Shown one piece after another: positions 36,272-47,962 of a DNA stretch of 64,000 nucleotides. A model generated the notes under the pieces. It had not been told where the DNA came from, searched no databases, and worked only from the letters and a program-made list of their open reading frames with translations. Positions within the stretch are counted from its first letter, which is position 1. Each line of letters starts with the position of its first letter. Both the position numbers and the translations under genes were made by a program. The stretch lies in contig CM000432.1 of NCBI GenBank assembly GCA_000165345.1, positions 320,001-384,000 of the forward strand, in the 5' to 3' direction.

Positions 36272-37423
36272 ATGAGTACTGAATACAGAGTGGGTTTTGC
36301 CTCGAAAGAGGATATTATAGAAAAAAGTACTTATGGAGAATGTGAGGATAGGACAAAAAGCTTGAGCTTCAGTAGTGATGTGAATAGTATTACTTATGAT
36401 GAAGCATCTTCATCAAGTGAGGAATATCCAGAATATAGTTTATTACGCACTCAAAGTTCTTTAGCTCCACCAATTGAGGCTTCTGCAATAGTAGATGTAG
36501 AAGAAGCATGGAAAGCCTTATCTAAAGAATTAGAAGAAAGTCATTCTAAACCAACAATTCGTACTCTTGGGACAGTTTTTGTAACAAGAGAAGAGGTTGG
36601 AACAAAAGATTCAATTGAATATAGATTATTTTATAAGAATGAAGATGGCTATAAGATTTCTCCATGGCATGATGTACCATTATGGTTTTCAGAAACACCT
36701 CTTTTATATAATATGATAATTGAGATTCCAAAATTAACAAATAAAAAATTTGAGATAAATACAAAAGAGGAATATACACCATTATATCAGGATCGAAAGC
36801 TGGAAAGACTTAGAACCTATCCAGGTCCAATTCCTTGGAACTATGGTGCTTTTCCACAAACATGGGAAGATCCAAATAAGAAGGGAGATGAGAATGTTGA
36901 TTTTAGTCATGGTGATAACGATCCACTGGACGCTGTTGAAATTGGAGTTGGACCTCTTCCACGTGGAACAATTATACAGGTAAAAATTTTGGGTTGCCTT
37001 GCTTTAATTGATGATGATGAATTGGATTGGAAAGTTGTATGTATTCGTGTTTGTGACCCACATGCATCACAGCTAAATGATATTACTGATGTTGAGAAAT
37101 ATTTCCCTGGTACTATAGATAGAATTAGGAGATGGTTTGGGCTTTATAAAGCAGTTGAGAATAAAGATGTTGCAAAGGTTAATATGTATGGACATTTTGG
37201 AGAGCCTCAATCAGCAGAGTTTGCTCATTCAGTAATTTTAGAAACTCATCATTCGTACTTACGTCTTATTAGAGGAGAGGCAATGAATTCATCATCATTA
37301 TGGATACCAAAAAGTCTTTCGAATAATGGAGAAACAGAATTGTGTCATACAGTATGTTCCACAAATAGCACTGCTACAGTATCTAGCAATGATATTGGAG
37401 GGCTTTCTGTAAATGATGATTAA
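36272..37423 (+). CDS. Soluble inorganic pyrophosphatase (family I) with N- and C-terminal extensions
   Basis: Family I PPase core: YNMIIEIPK, GDNDPLDAVEIG, DWKVV..D. The track ORF started at a TTG (36233); the first in-frame ATG is at 36272 (MSTEYRV..). Confidence 0.9.
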   Translation: MSTEYRVGFASKEDIIEKSTYGECEDRTKSLSFSSDVNSITYDEASSSSEEYPEYSLLRTQSSLAPPIEASAIVDVEEAWKALSKELEESHSKPTIRTLGTVFVTREEVGTKDSIEYRLFYKNEDGYKISPWHDVPLWFSETPLLYNMIIEIPKLTNKKFEINTKEEYTPLYQDRKLERLRTYPGPIPWNYGAFPQTWEDPNKKGDENVDFSHGDNDPLDAVEIGVGPLPRGTIIQVKILGCLALIDDDELDWKVVCIRVCDPHASQLNDITDVEKYFPGTIDRIRRWFGLYKAVENKDVAKVNMYGHFGEPQSAEFAHSVILETHHSYLRLIRGEAMNSSSLWIPKSLSNNGETELCHTVCSTNSTATVSSNDIGGLSVNDD

Positions 37424-37791
37424 ATGATAACATTATATTTATCACAATTTTTAAAGTTCAAAATTCACTATAATATGACACTTCTTTCTTTATTTTCATA
37501 CGAATATTGTATTGAGCTGTATTTAATTATCATTTTAACCTTAATATTACTATTCAATAAGAACTACTTACTAATATTATAAATTCACTAAATTTACGTT
37601 CATTCTTATATTTAGATTGTCAAGATTTATGAAATATCAGGACGATTATCCATATACTTTAACTTTTTTTAATAGATTTTTATCATTTTATTGTTATATA
37701 TACTTAGATTACTTATTCAATATCCAATTGTTTACGCTGCCGACAAATTAAACTTCATTTAGCAATAAAAGGAAATATATTTATATAATTA

Positions 37792-38040
37792 TTTGGCGCT
37801 AATTACACGTAAATTATTTCTTGTTAGAGTAAATGAGAAAGAAAATTAACAAAGAGAAGAATGTTGATCATTGAATGAAAAAAAAATTTTGTAGAAATTG
37901 AATAGTTTGTGTATATTAGTTTTGACAAAACTAAATGATGATTTTTTTTCCTTTTTTTAAATTTAGTAATAAACACTATTTAAAAATTGTTCGTGAATTT
38001 TTAATTTACATGCATAAAACTGTGGGGAATTGGCGGGAAT
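37792..38040. promoter_or_regulatory. Promoter of gene 38133: TTTGGCGC (37792..37799), ACATGCATAAAAC, TGGCGGGAATTTT (38031..38043)
   Basis: E2F-like boxes 90 to 340 nt upstream of the ATG. Confidence 0.45.
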
Positions 38041-38132
38041 TTTGAATGAAGGATAGGGATCGGATATATTTAATTAATTGCTGTAATAGAATTTTCATTG
38101 TTTTTTAATTATTCTTTTTTCTTTATTTAACA

Positions 38133-38837
38133 ATGAATAAGGTATCAGATTATAGTACAAAAGAAGAATCTCAGGACTTAACAAAAGTGAAGAAGGAAAA
38201 ATCAACTAAATCGGGTATATTAAAGCATGTTTTATTAGGATCTATAATTGCGGTAATCTTTGGATGTGTATCTAAATATTACTTTTTTGATAAGATAGTT
38301 TTAACAGAAGAGAATTTACCAAATATATCATCAATTAACCAAAATGAAGTGAATATTGGAAATAAAGAAAAAACCTTAACAAAAGGAACTTTTGGAGAAG
38401 AAGAATATATGGAGTTGCTTCAAGATGATAAAACTATTACTTTAGAACAGATTACACAAGATGATTCTTTAGAAGATAATGATGAATTAATGTTTAATCA
38501 TGAAGATGAAGCTTTATATGATCAAATAGAGGACGATTATCGTGATGATGAAGCTGAAGATGAGAGCGAAGATGGAGAAAATGAGTCGCAAATAGATTCT
38601 GAAACTTTAAAAAGAATGTTAAAAGAAGATGTACAATTGGAACTAGATGAAGGTTTTGCTGCAAAAGATTTTGAAAATGAAGAGAGTATTGATGTTATTG
38701 ATGATGCAGAAATTGATGAGTATGAACATGAAACTGATGATGACATAACTGACAACAACTGGTCAGATGATGAAACTGAACTAAAAAAAATGGAGAATCA
38801 AAAAGAACAAGAACAGAAACAAGAAAAACAACAATAA
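38133..38837 (+). CDS. Hypothetical single-pass membrane protein with a highly acidic (D/E-rich) C-terminal domain, 234 aa
   Basis: One hydrophobic helix (VLLGSIIAVIFGCV) followed by a long acidic region; no recognisable catalytic motif. Confidence 0.55.
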   Translation: MNKVSDYSTKEESQDLTKVKKEKSTKSGILKHVLLGSIIAVIFGCVSKYYFFDKIVLTEENLPNISSINQNEVNIGNKEKTLTKGTFGEEEYMELLQDDKTITLEQITQDDSLEDNDELMFNHEDEALYDQIEDDYRDDEAEDESEDGENESQIDSETLKRMLKEDVQLELDEGFAAKDFENEESIDVIDDAEIDEYEHETDDDITDNNWSDDETELKKMENQKEQEQKQEKQQ

Positions 38838-38950
38838 GCTCAACATTATTCACTTCAACATAAGTAGAATTAATATAATTTATTTTATTAGACTAAATTT
38901 ATGACCACTTTTCTTATTTCTTTCTTTTTTCTGCTAATTCTCTAAATTTC

Positions 38951-38993
38951 TATACCGGTATTAACATAATAAATGCATGTTTTGCCGCCATAC
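38951..38993. promoter_or_regulatory. Promoter-type motif pair (TATACCGGTATTAAC ... TTTGCCGCCATAC) located in a 3'-3' convergent gap
   Basis: It has the same motif classes as the bona fide promoter gaps, but no annotated gene start is nearby. It lies 35 to 75 nt beyond the stop of the methyltransferase gene. Confidence 0.35.
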
Positions 38994-39026
38994 GTGTCAA
39001 AGAAAAAAAGTAAATCAATGGAATAT

Positions 39027-40340
<1,314 letters not shown>

Positions 40341-40599
40341 TTTTTCTTTTTATTTTTCCTTATAAATAATCTTTTAAATTAACAATAGGTTTGTAAATTA
40401 GTCAAATTTAAGATTAATTCAATTCTTTATAATATATTATACTCGGAAATAATAACATTATACAGATTATTCTTGGAGATAAAAATATACTCTAAAATTA
40501 TATTTACTTTGGTTCATTTGTTAATATAATTTTCTACTTTCAAGATTGAGATTTGAATCTTGTTTAACTCAATAAAATTCAATATTTATATATGCATAT

Positions 40600-40720
<121 letters not shown>

Positions 40721-40870
40721 TAAAATTTAATCCTTTTCACAAATTTATTCAAAATTCTTTATTTTATTTCGAGGTTAATTTTATTAACTAGAAAAAAATT
40801 ATTTATAATATATTACCTTTAATCATTTTATTTAATTTTATTAATTAATATAATTTTATTATTTAATTAA

Positions 40871-40896
40871 TTCGGTACCATTTTTGGCGCCAAAAC
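40871..40896. promoter_or_regulatory. Divergent promoter box TTCGGTACCATTTTTGGCGCCAAAAC
   Basis: Perfect palindrome TTTTGGCGCCAAAA between the gene starts at 40340 (-) and 40966 (+). Confidence 0.55.
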
Positions 40897-40965
40897 GAAT
40901 AATTATGATCACAAAATTAAATTTTTGAAAAAATAAAAAAGAAGAAATATAATGAAATTAATATA

Positions 40966-42105
40966 ATGGACTTCCATCAAATATCTGAGAAGTTTTTAAA
41001 CTTATTGAAAAGATATTATAAAGAAATTTATGACGATTTTTCAGAGTCAGATTTGGATGAGATAATTAAATTGAGGGATGAAATTTTAGATTTTGGGAAT
41101 GAAATAGATTTTTCCAATATAATTTCAAAGAATGAAGAAGTTGAAGATTTGAATACAAATGACATAAAATATTTATTATATTCATATATAAAAGCAGAAA
41201 CAACAAGGTATGTAAGAGATCATAATGTACCAAAAGAACGTGTAGAAAGAAGAAATGATTTAAATGAAATAATGGAATTATATTTACAATTTTTTAATAA
41301 TACCCTTGAAATTAGAAATACAATTTTTAAAGATACCTTGGATTTGGTTGACAATTCCCAAATTAAAAATTTATTTATTGAAGAAAGTGAGAAAAAAATA
41401 ATAAAAGACACCAGGCAAATAAAGATTATGAGATTTAAAAAAATTAAAGAATTAAAATCCTCATTATCGTTATTTTTTAAATCTGGATTTAATTTAACAG
41501 ATGAAAGTGAAAATAGAGATATGATTTTGAAAGCAATTAACTTATTCTTTTTAGAATCTATTGAACAAGTTTCTATGATAAACAACGAAATTAATATATT
41601 AAATTATGCAATTAAAGAAGAATTTACAAAGACTTCTGAAAATGGAGACAAAAGATATGGAGATAATAACATTAATAATATAAATAACAAGATACAAAAA
41701 AATTGTCCTCCATTAAATATAAAACATATTGCACCAAATATTCGCTATTTAACATCCAAAGAAAATACTAGCAATACAGGATTTACATTTAAAGATATTA
41801 ATAATGGAACAGCTGGAGTTGTAATAAATGATAGAGAAAACTTCTATTCAAAAGTGTTTGGGCCAAGCCATACTCTTCCTACAATTTCTATAGCAGAAGC
41901 TGCTGATATGGAACTTAAAGAAGCTTTGGAACAAGAAAAATCTTCCAATATTGCTAGAAAGAATAAAGAAGAGAGGGATCAGATTTTACATGATAAAGAA
42001 TATAGTAAAGAAGAAGAAGAAGATGAACTTAAAGCCAGATCATGGGATGACTGGAAAGATCTAAATCCAAAAGGTCATGGAAATACTATTAGAAATCGTG
42101 GCTAA
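40966..42105 (+). CDS. TAP42: TAP42 / alpha4 (IGBP1)-like PP2A-family phosphatase regulator, 379 aa
   Basis: All-helical N-terminal region and the family-specific C-terminal tail RSWDDWKDLNPKGHGNTIRNRG (compare alpha4 ..WDDWKD.HPRG.GNR.N.G). Confidence 0.7.
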   Translation: MDFHQISEKFLNLLKRYYKEIYDDFSESDLDEIIKLRDEILDFGNEIDFSNIISKNEEVEDLNTNDIKYLLYSYIKAETTRYVRDHNVPKERVERRNDLNEIMELYLQFFNNTLEIRNTIFKDTLDLVDNSQIKNLFIEESEKKIIKDTRQIKIMRFKKIKELKSSLSLFFKSGFNLTDESENRDMILKAINLFFLESIEQVSMINNEINILNYAIKEEFTKTSENGDKRYGDNNINNINNKIQKNCPPLNIKHIAPNIRYLTSKENTSNTGFTFKDINNGTAGVVINDRENFYSKVFGPSHTLPTISIAEAADMELKEALEQEKSSNIARKNKEERDQILHDKEYSKEEEEDELKARSWDDWKDLNPKGHGNTIRNRG

Positions 42106-42366
42106 GCAAATTCTTTTTTATAGTTTAGGCGGGAAATTCATTTAAACTAATATTAATGATTATTACTAATTATTATTAACGTTCTATTATTATTTATTAT
42201 AAACAAAACCTAAATAAGTTTTATTTGTACAAAATATTTGTGTCATCAGTTAATGTGTAGAATTTTCAAGTCTTTATGTGTGTTAAACACTATCTTAATG
42301 CACAACTTTTATTGATAATGATTAACTTGAGGCTTTGAATATATTGTTTAATATTAAGAGTGAATA

Positions 42367-43224
42367 ATGAATAAAAGAGATTATTCAGAAATTGAAAATA
42401 GCTTTGAAGGAAAAGAATTTCAAGAAAAAGAATCAGAAAATAAATCAAGTATTATAGTTGAAACTATTCTAAATTCCAAGGAAGGTTTAAATCCTACCAT
42501 TTCTCAAGTAAACTTAGTCTTAGATTCGGAATTAAAATCTAAGTCTAATTTGACAAATGAAAACAATAATACGTTGGAATTGGGATATGAATCTGAACCT
42601 GAACCTGAAAATGATAATGATAATGAAACTGAAGATGATGAGGATGGATATGAGCCATATATCAAATATTTGCAAGCTTTAAGCTTGTCTTGGAGTAGTT
42701 GTCAGGCTTCATCAATGCTTACTAAAGACTTGGTTGAATACATGGTGCCAAGATTTCAAGACTGTAGTACTCCTATTAAAGTGAGAATTATTATGAGTAT
42801 ATTATATATTAGTGATTCTCTTCGTGAATCATGTAAACAAGAATTTATGAATATTTTAAATTTTGGAGAATTAGATAGAGATGATTGGGTAAGAAAATTA
42901 TCTAGATTAATGATACCATATGTACAAAAAGGAGTTTTAGATTTGGGAGAAACTGATACAGAAACTGCCTTCAAAATTTTACGATATCTTGATGAATTAA
43001 GAATGAGAGAAAACATTGATTTCAGGTTAAAGCCTCCATTAGAATCTATTCATATGTGTGATCCTCTAACTGATGAATCTATAAATAATGAGCTTCCTTG
43101 TTATAATGTTGATTATGACAATTTTGCTCCTCAGAAAGATTTTGAATTATTGCTTGCTGAAGTTGAAAAAGATGGCTTACATAAAATGAGGATTGCTAGC
43201 AATTCATTTACCAATAATAAATGA
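42367..43224 (+). CDS. Hypothetical protein, 285 aa (acidic N-terminus, conserved-looking helical C-terminal half)
   Basis: Intact ORF with coding-like composition and an ATG in A-rich context; no family recognised. Confidence 0.5.
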   Translation: MNKRDYSEIENSFEGKEFQEKESENKSSIIVETILNSKEGLNPTISQVNLVLDSELKSKSNLTNENNNTLELGYESEPEPENDNDNETEDDEDGYEPYIKYLQALSLSWSSCQASSMLTKDLVEYMVPRFQDCSTPIKVRIIMSILYISDSLRESCKQEFMNILNFGELDRDDWVRKLSRLMIPYVQKGVLDLGETDTETAFKILRYLDELRMRENIDFRLKPPLESIHMCDPLTDESINNELPCYNVDYDNFAPQKDFELLLAEVEKDGLHKMRIASNSFTNNK

Positions 43225-43410
43225 ATTACAACTTGTAATGTACTTGTTACTTTGTTTACAAACAAGACACTATTTCAGGAAACTATTGAAAGATAGATAA
43301 ATGAGAAAACACTACACAACTATTTTACTATTATTATTATTACCATTTTTCTTTTTTTTCCAAGTATTAAATACCCAAACTGAAATTATTCATTATTAAT
43401 TCATTCCACA

Positions 43411-43480
43411 CGTTGGCGCCTAAACTATTTTTCACTGCATCACTGCAATACCGGTAATGTGGGGGGGTACGCGCCAGATA
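43411..43480. promoter_or_regulatory. Promoter cluster upstream of gene 44148: GTTGGCGCCTAAAC, GCAATACCGGTAATG, GTACGCGCCAGA
   Basis: Two E2F-like boxes flank an ATACCGGTA palindrome. Confidence 0.5.
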
Positions 43481-44147
43481 TTTAAACATTTTATTTTTTA
43501 ATTCAAAAGAAATTATAAATATCTTAAAACAAAAGAAAAAAAGAATCTCACAAATTAATGATTTCAATTCAATTATATTTTTCTTCTTACTCATTCTTTT
43601 CTCACTGAAACAATATTCTACCCTTCCCAGTTTTTTTCTCTTTCAATAACCCTATCTCTAAAATTCATACTCAGTCGCCACCGTCTCGTCTCCACGGTCA
43701 TCGCTCGACAATGTATAGTGGTTGCAGCGTAAGGCAATACGTAACAACATGAAATGAAATCGTAATCTCGATCTTTGCAACGATATAGTTAGAAAGAAAA
43801 AGAGTTAAATAAGTGATGGGGAATAATAAAAAAGTTGAGAAATAGTATTTTGTATTTAATATTTAATAATAATTAATTAATATTAATAATAATAGTAAAT
43901 TAACTGATAACTTAAACTTTAAAGTTTTTATTCTTGAATAACACACTGGATTAAAGCATATTTTAAACAATTTGAAAACATAGATTTTTAAAAATAGGGC
44001 TTTTTTTTTTTAAAGAGTTATTAATGAAATAAAAGTGAAATATTGGAAAAATTACATTAATATTACAATATAATCATTATAATTCAAATTAAAATTAATT
44101 TAATTATAGGAATTAAATAATACTATGTTTAATGATAAAATCTAATA

Positions 44148-46844
44148 ATGACAGGAAATTCTTTATTGGTACCTCCTAGATCAGCATTTGGATCTAGAGA
44201 AGAATTATGTGCATTTGTATCATATAAAATGAGAAGAGCAACTGAATTATTTACATTTAAATGTTCTTTATATCAAAGAGAACTTAAGTTATATTTACCG
44301 GAACCAGTTCCAAAACATAGAAGATGGATTGATACTTTTGATTCGGAAAGTATCGTTACTATACCAATTAGTAAGATAGAAAAAGATGAAATTGAATTAT
44401 TTAGAAAATATTTCCCAGATAATATGGATTTAGATTCGATTTTTCCTGGTGATCTATTACAAAGATCTTTTAAAAAAAGGATTTCTAGTTTATTAACTTC
44501 TTTAGTTAATAAAATAGTATTTTTACTAGTTTTAAAACATGATACATGGTATGTACATCAAGAAGCTAGGGATGGACTTAGGGAGTATTTGGTTGAAAAG
44601 ATTTGGCCAAGACAACCAAAGTTAAGGTTATTATATAGAGATCATGTTACAACTTTTGTAGATACAAGAATTCGCCATTTTAGAGATTCTGTGGGAAGAT
44701 ATTTTAGAGATCTTCATGCAAATAGTAAGAATGGAGAGATTATTGCGAATTTAATAGTAACTTGTGATTATAAGCAATCAGAATTGGATGATATGATTAA
44801 AAAAGCTTTAGAAGAGCAAAAAGTTATGCTTGAAAATGAAAGAAAGATGGAATATATTGAATCTCCAAATAAAAGTAATATTGAAAACTATAATGGAAAA
44901 TCATCATCACTTTCTTCTCAAATTGAGAAACTTAAAAGTAAAAGTCATAAGATTTACAAAAATGATGATAGATCTTCTTTTAATCATAGAAATATTCTAG
45001 ATTTTAAATATGAACTTGAAGATGAGTATGAAGGTAGGAGTAATAGTATTAGAGAAGAAAATGAAGATTCTCAAATTGAGGAGGATCTAGAATATCATAT
45101 TCAAGATCTTGAGAAAGAATTGGAATTATATGAAGATCTAGAGAATGATATAGAACAAAATTTAGAACAAGAAATTGATGAACAGAATACATATCAAATT
45201 CAGGAGCAAAGACTTAAACAAAGATTGAAACAAAAACAAGTACAAAAAGAAAGATTGAAATCAAAATTAAAGTACGAGAGTGATAATGATAATGAATTTG
45301 AATTGGGACTTGAATGCAATAACAAGGAGGAATTAGACAAGGAAAATGAAAATAAAAGATATGTGAGAGATTATGTTCAATATAATCATGAAATAGGAAA
45401 GAATGTAAAATCTATGAAAAGGATGGATGAAATCCAAAAGGGTAAAAGAATGATTCACTCATCAGAAAGAAGTGATAAAGAATTAGATCAAGAAAGGGTA
45501 TCAAATGGTGATGTTGAGAATGAAAAAAATACAGTTTATCCTCCTCTTAAGAAGAATAACAATAAAAATGATGAGAACTTGAAATATATTCCTCTTAATA
45601 ATATAGGGATATCCAATAGTAGTAATAATTCTCCATCTATGGTTTCAATACCATCAATACCATCAATTCAATCAATTTCTACCAGTCTTACATCAACAAT
45701 GTCATCATCTTCTTCATCCTCTTCCTCATCGTCCTCTTTAGTTTTACCTCCAGCCTTATCTTCTGAATTAAATGTAATTCCAGGTATAGGATATTATCCG
45801 GGCCAAATTCAAATAAACTCTCCAATAGATAAATCATCCATTTATGCTTCACTAATTTATCCTCAGTCAAGTTCAGCTTTCACAAGAGAGAATATAAAAA
45901 ATCTGGAAAGCTCTTCAAACTCTAATATACTGGCAGAAAACAACTCCTCACTTTCTAATATTGTTTATAGAAACATACAGATTGATACAAATAACGTTTC
46001 TTCTAGTGCAAGTTCTCTTTCAAATTCATCTATTTCAAGTTCTTCTCCTGTATCAAAAACTTACTCTAGGTCTGATATTTTAAGCAGTGGATCTATTGGG
46101 AGTGGATCTATGCTAAATAATCACTTTCCAAGTTCTATTTCTGATTCTGGGCTCGCTACAAATCCAGGGTTTGGCCTAGGTTTGGGTATAGGAACAGGAA
46201 TAGGAGCAGGAATTGGAACAGGAATAGGGGCAGGAATTGGCCCAGGGATAGGCCTAGGAATAGGAATGGGGCCAGGCCTAGGAGTGGGTCCAGGATTAGG
46301 AATAGGCATGGGGATGGGAATAGGAATGGGAATGGGAGTTGGCTTAGGATCTGGATCCGGATCTGGATCTGGATCAGATTCGGGCTTGGAAATGAAAATG
46401 GGATCTGAGACTAGTTTGGATTCAAATTCGAATCCAATCTCAAAATCAAGCTCAAATCCAAGTTCAAACTCAAACTTTAATACAAATTCAGTAATATTAA
46501 AGCCCCAAGGATACCATCCAGCTCCAATAACAAACTATCCATATAGCTTTGGATCAATCAAAGACTGTAATTCAATGTTCGGAAACCCATTAATCTATTC
46601 TCAACAACTTAATCCTAATATTCAATCAGCTTTCAATTTCCAAGCTTCTCCAGCCTACTTTATAATTCCAAATTACAACTATGCATTCCAATCCTTCTAT
46701 CCCTCACAAAGTGGATTATTATCTCAATTTAATCCTTCTTTGTTCTCAACTACAAATTTAAACAGTTTTTATCCTATTGATCTAACTAAAGTTAATAGTC
46801 AATCATCTAATATAGATCATATAAACTCTAATAATACAACTTAA
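44148..46844 (+). CDS. Hypothetical protein, 898 aa: structured N-terminal domain, acidic coiled-coil region, Ser-rich region and a G-[ILMV]-G-x hexanucleotide repeat block
   Basis: Long ORF; N-terminal 210 aa are non-repetitive (..KIVFLLVLKHDTWYVHQEARDGLREYL..); 46150..46380 encodes GIGAGIGTGIGAGIGPGIGLGIGMGPGLGVGPGLGIGMGMGIGMG. Confidence 0.6.
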   Translation: MTGNSLLVPPRSAFGSREELCAFVSYKMRRATELFTFKCSLYQRELKLYLPEPVPKHRRWIDTFDSESIVTIPISKIEKDEIELFRKYFPDNMDLDSIFPGDLLQRSFKKRISSLLTSLVNKIVFLLVLKHDTWYVHQEARDGLREYLVEKIWPRQPKLRLLYRDHVTTFVDTRIRHFRDSVGRYFRDLHANSKNGEIIANLIVTCDYKQSELDDMIKKALEEQKVMLENERKMEYIESPNKSNIENYNGKSSSLSSQIEKLKSKSHKIYKNDDRSSFNHRNILDFKYELEDEYEGRSNSIREENEDSQIEEDLEYHIQDLEKELELYEDLENDIEQNLEQEIDEQNTYQIQEQRLKQRLKQKQVQKERLKSKLKYESDNDNEFELGLECNNKEELDKENENKRYVRDYVQYNHEIGKNVKSMKRMDEIQKGKRMIHSSERSDKELDQERVSNGDVENEKNTVYPPLKKNNNKNDENLKYIPLNNIGISNSSNNSPSMVSIPSIPSIQSISTSLTSTMSSSSSSSSSSSSLVLPPALSSELNVIPGIGYYPGQIQINSPIDKSSIYASLIYPQSSSAFTRENIKNLESSSNSNILAENNSSLSNIVYRNIQIDTNNVSSSASSLSNSSISSSSPVSKTYSRSDILSSGSIGSGSMLNNHFPSSISDSGLATNPGFGLGLGIGTGIGAGIGTGIGAGIGPGIGLGIGMGPGLGVGPGLGIGMGMGIGMGMGVGLGSGSGSGSGSDSGLEMKMGSETSLDSNSNPISKSSSNPSSNSNFNTNSVILKPQGYHPAPITNYPYSFGSIKDCNSMFGNPLIYSQQLNPNIQSAFNFQASPAYFIIPNYNYAFQSFYPSQSGLLSQFNPSLFSTTNLNSFYPIDLTKVNSQSSNIDHINSNNTT
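46150..46380. repeat. Hexanucleotide (ggnatn) coding repeat encoding (G-I/L/M-G-x)n
   Basis: Periodic gga ata gga / ggc cta gga units; it generates the spurious antisense ORF 46121..46309 (PIPxPGP). Confidence 0.8.
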
Positions 46845-46900
46845 GCAATATAATAATTAAGTAAAAGATTTAACCAATAATAACGATTAGACTAAATATA

Positions 46901-47326
46901 TTATCCACAACATTTTTTACATGGGTATCTTTTAGATACTGATGGTTTGTAAGTTGATAAATGACTAAAGTGTGGATTTAAATGGCTATTAGAATTAGCG
47001 CTCATCCAACTTAATTTACTCTTCTTTTTCTGTTTATTCTCTTCTTTTTGATCCTCCTCTAAACTACTTTCGTTTTTTGAATTAGCGCTAGTATATTCAC
47101 TTATATCTTTCTCCCAAACCTTTATTTGATTTTCTCTGATTTTTCTCATTCTCATATCATTCAACTGTTTAGCTTTTTCTTGTTTTCTTTTATTGAAATA
47201 ATAACTTCCAAAACCTATTAACATTACTAATTTCAAAAGAAATAAGATATATAAAGCTTTAGATAATAATTCAGAGCCTAATTTCTCTGTAATTACTGTG
47301 TGTAAAGTTTCTATTTTCTCCTTCAT
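46901..47326 (-). CDS. Hypothetical small membrane protein, 141 aa, single TM and basic/acidic tail ending CKKCCG
   Basis: ORF with one hydrophobic helix (LYILFLLKLVMLIGFGSYYF); sits between two promoters with E2F-like boxes; weak support. Confidence 0.4.
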   Translation of the reverse strand: MKEKIETLHTVITEKLGSELLSKALYILFLLKLVMLIGFGSYYFNKRKQEKAKQLNDMRMRKIRENQIKVWEKDISEYTSANSKNESSLEEDQKEENKQKKKSKLSWMSANSNSHLNPHFSHLSTYKPSVSKRYPCKKCCG

Positions 47327-47894
47327 TTCTATTAGATCATTTCTTCAAGTTTGTATTTTAATTTATTCCTATATTATTATGATGGAGCCCGCGCAATTGT
47401 TTTGCATGAATAATTTTTTTTTTTCAGTTTAAAAAAATAATAATTTACAAAAAATCTAAAAATTCAGTATTTATTTGACTTTCAAGGGAAATAAGATGAA
47501 TGTCTTTTCTAATAATAAATAATTAAGAATAAAAACATAATTCATTTTCCTTTAAACTATTTTTTAACCTCTCCTTCCCCCCCTCCTCATTTTACTATTT
47601 TTCGATACCTGTGTGCTCATAAGTTAATTCTCCTCTTCACCCCCACCCCCCATGAATAATTTTTCTAAAACTAATAAAAAAAATTGACATGCAAATTGCG
47701 CACTATATATTTATGAATTCAAAAATTATTTGAATTCACACTGTTTATATATTAATCTATTGATAATTTACATATTATTTAAGCTTTCGTATACATATTT
47801 CTTATTCAAAATTCTTAAAAAAAAAAGAACATTTATCCATTTTACTTGTATTCTAGTAATTATTTCCATTAAATATTATTTTCATGATCAATCG

Positions 47895-47962
47895 CCGGCG
47901 CCAAATATGAGACTGCGCCAATACCCTTATGGATAGTGCCCGCCTGAATTAAAGCGGGAACA
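47895..47962. promoter_or_regulatory. Dense E2F-like cluster upstream of V-ATPase a: CGCCGGCGCCAAAT, TGCGCCAATA, CCCGCCTG, AAAGCGGGAAC
   Basis: Four GC boxes in under 70 nt, about 570 nt upstream of the ATG at 48526; GA-rich (GAGA-like) stretches follow at 48180..48250. Confidence 0.5.

Noticed and set aside
46121-46309. Minus-strand ORF 46121..46309 (MPIPNPGPTPRPGP...)
   Set aside because: It is an antisense artefact of the (G-I/L-G-x)n hexanucleotide repeat in gene 44148..46844.
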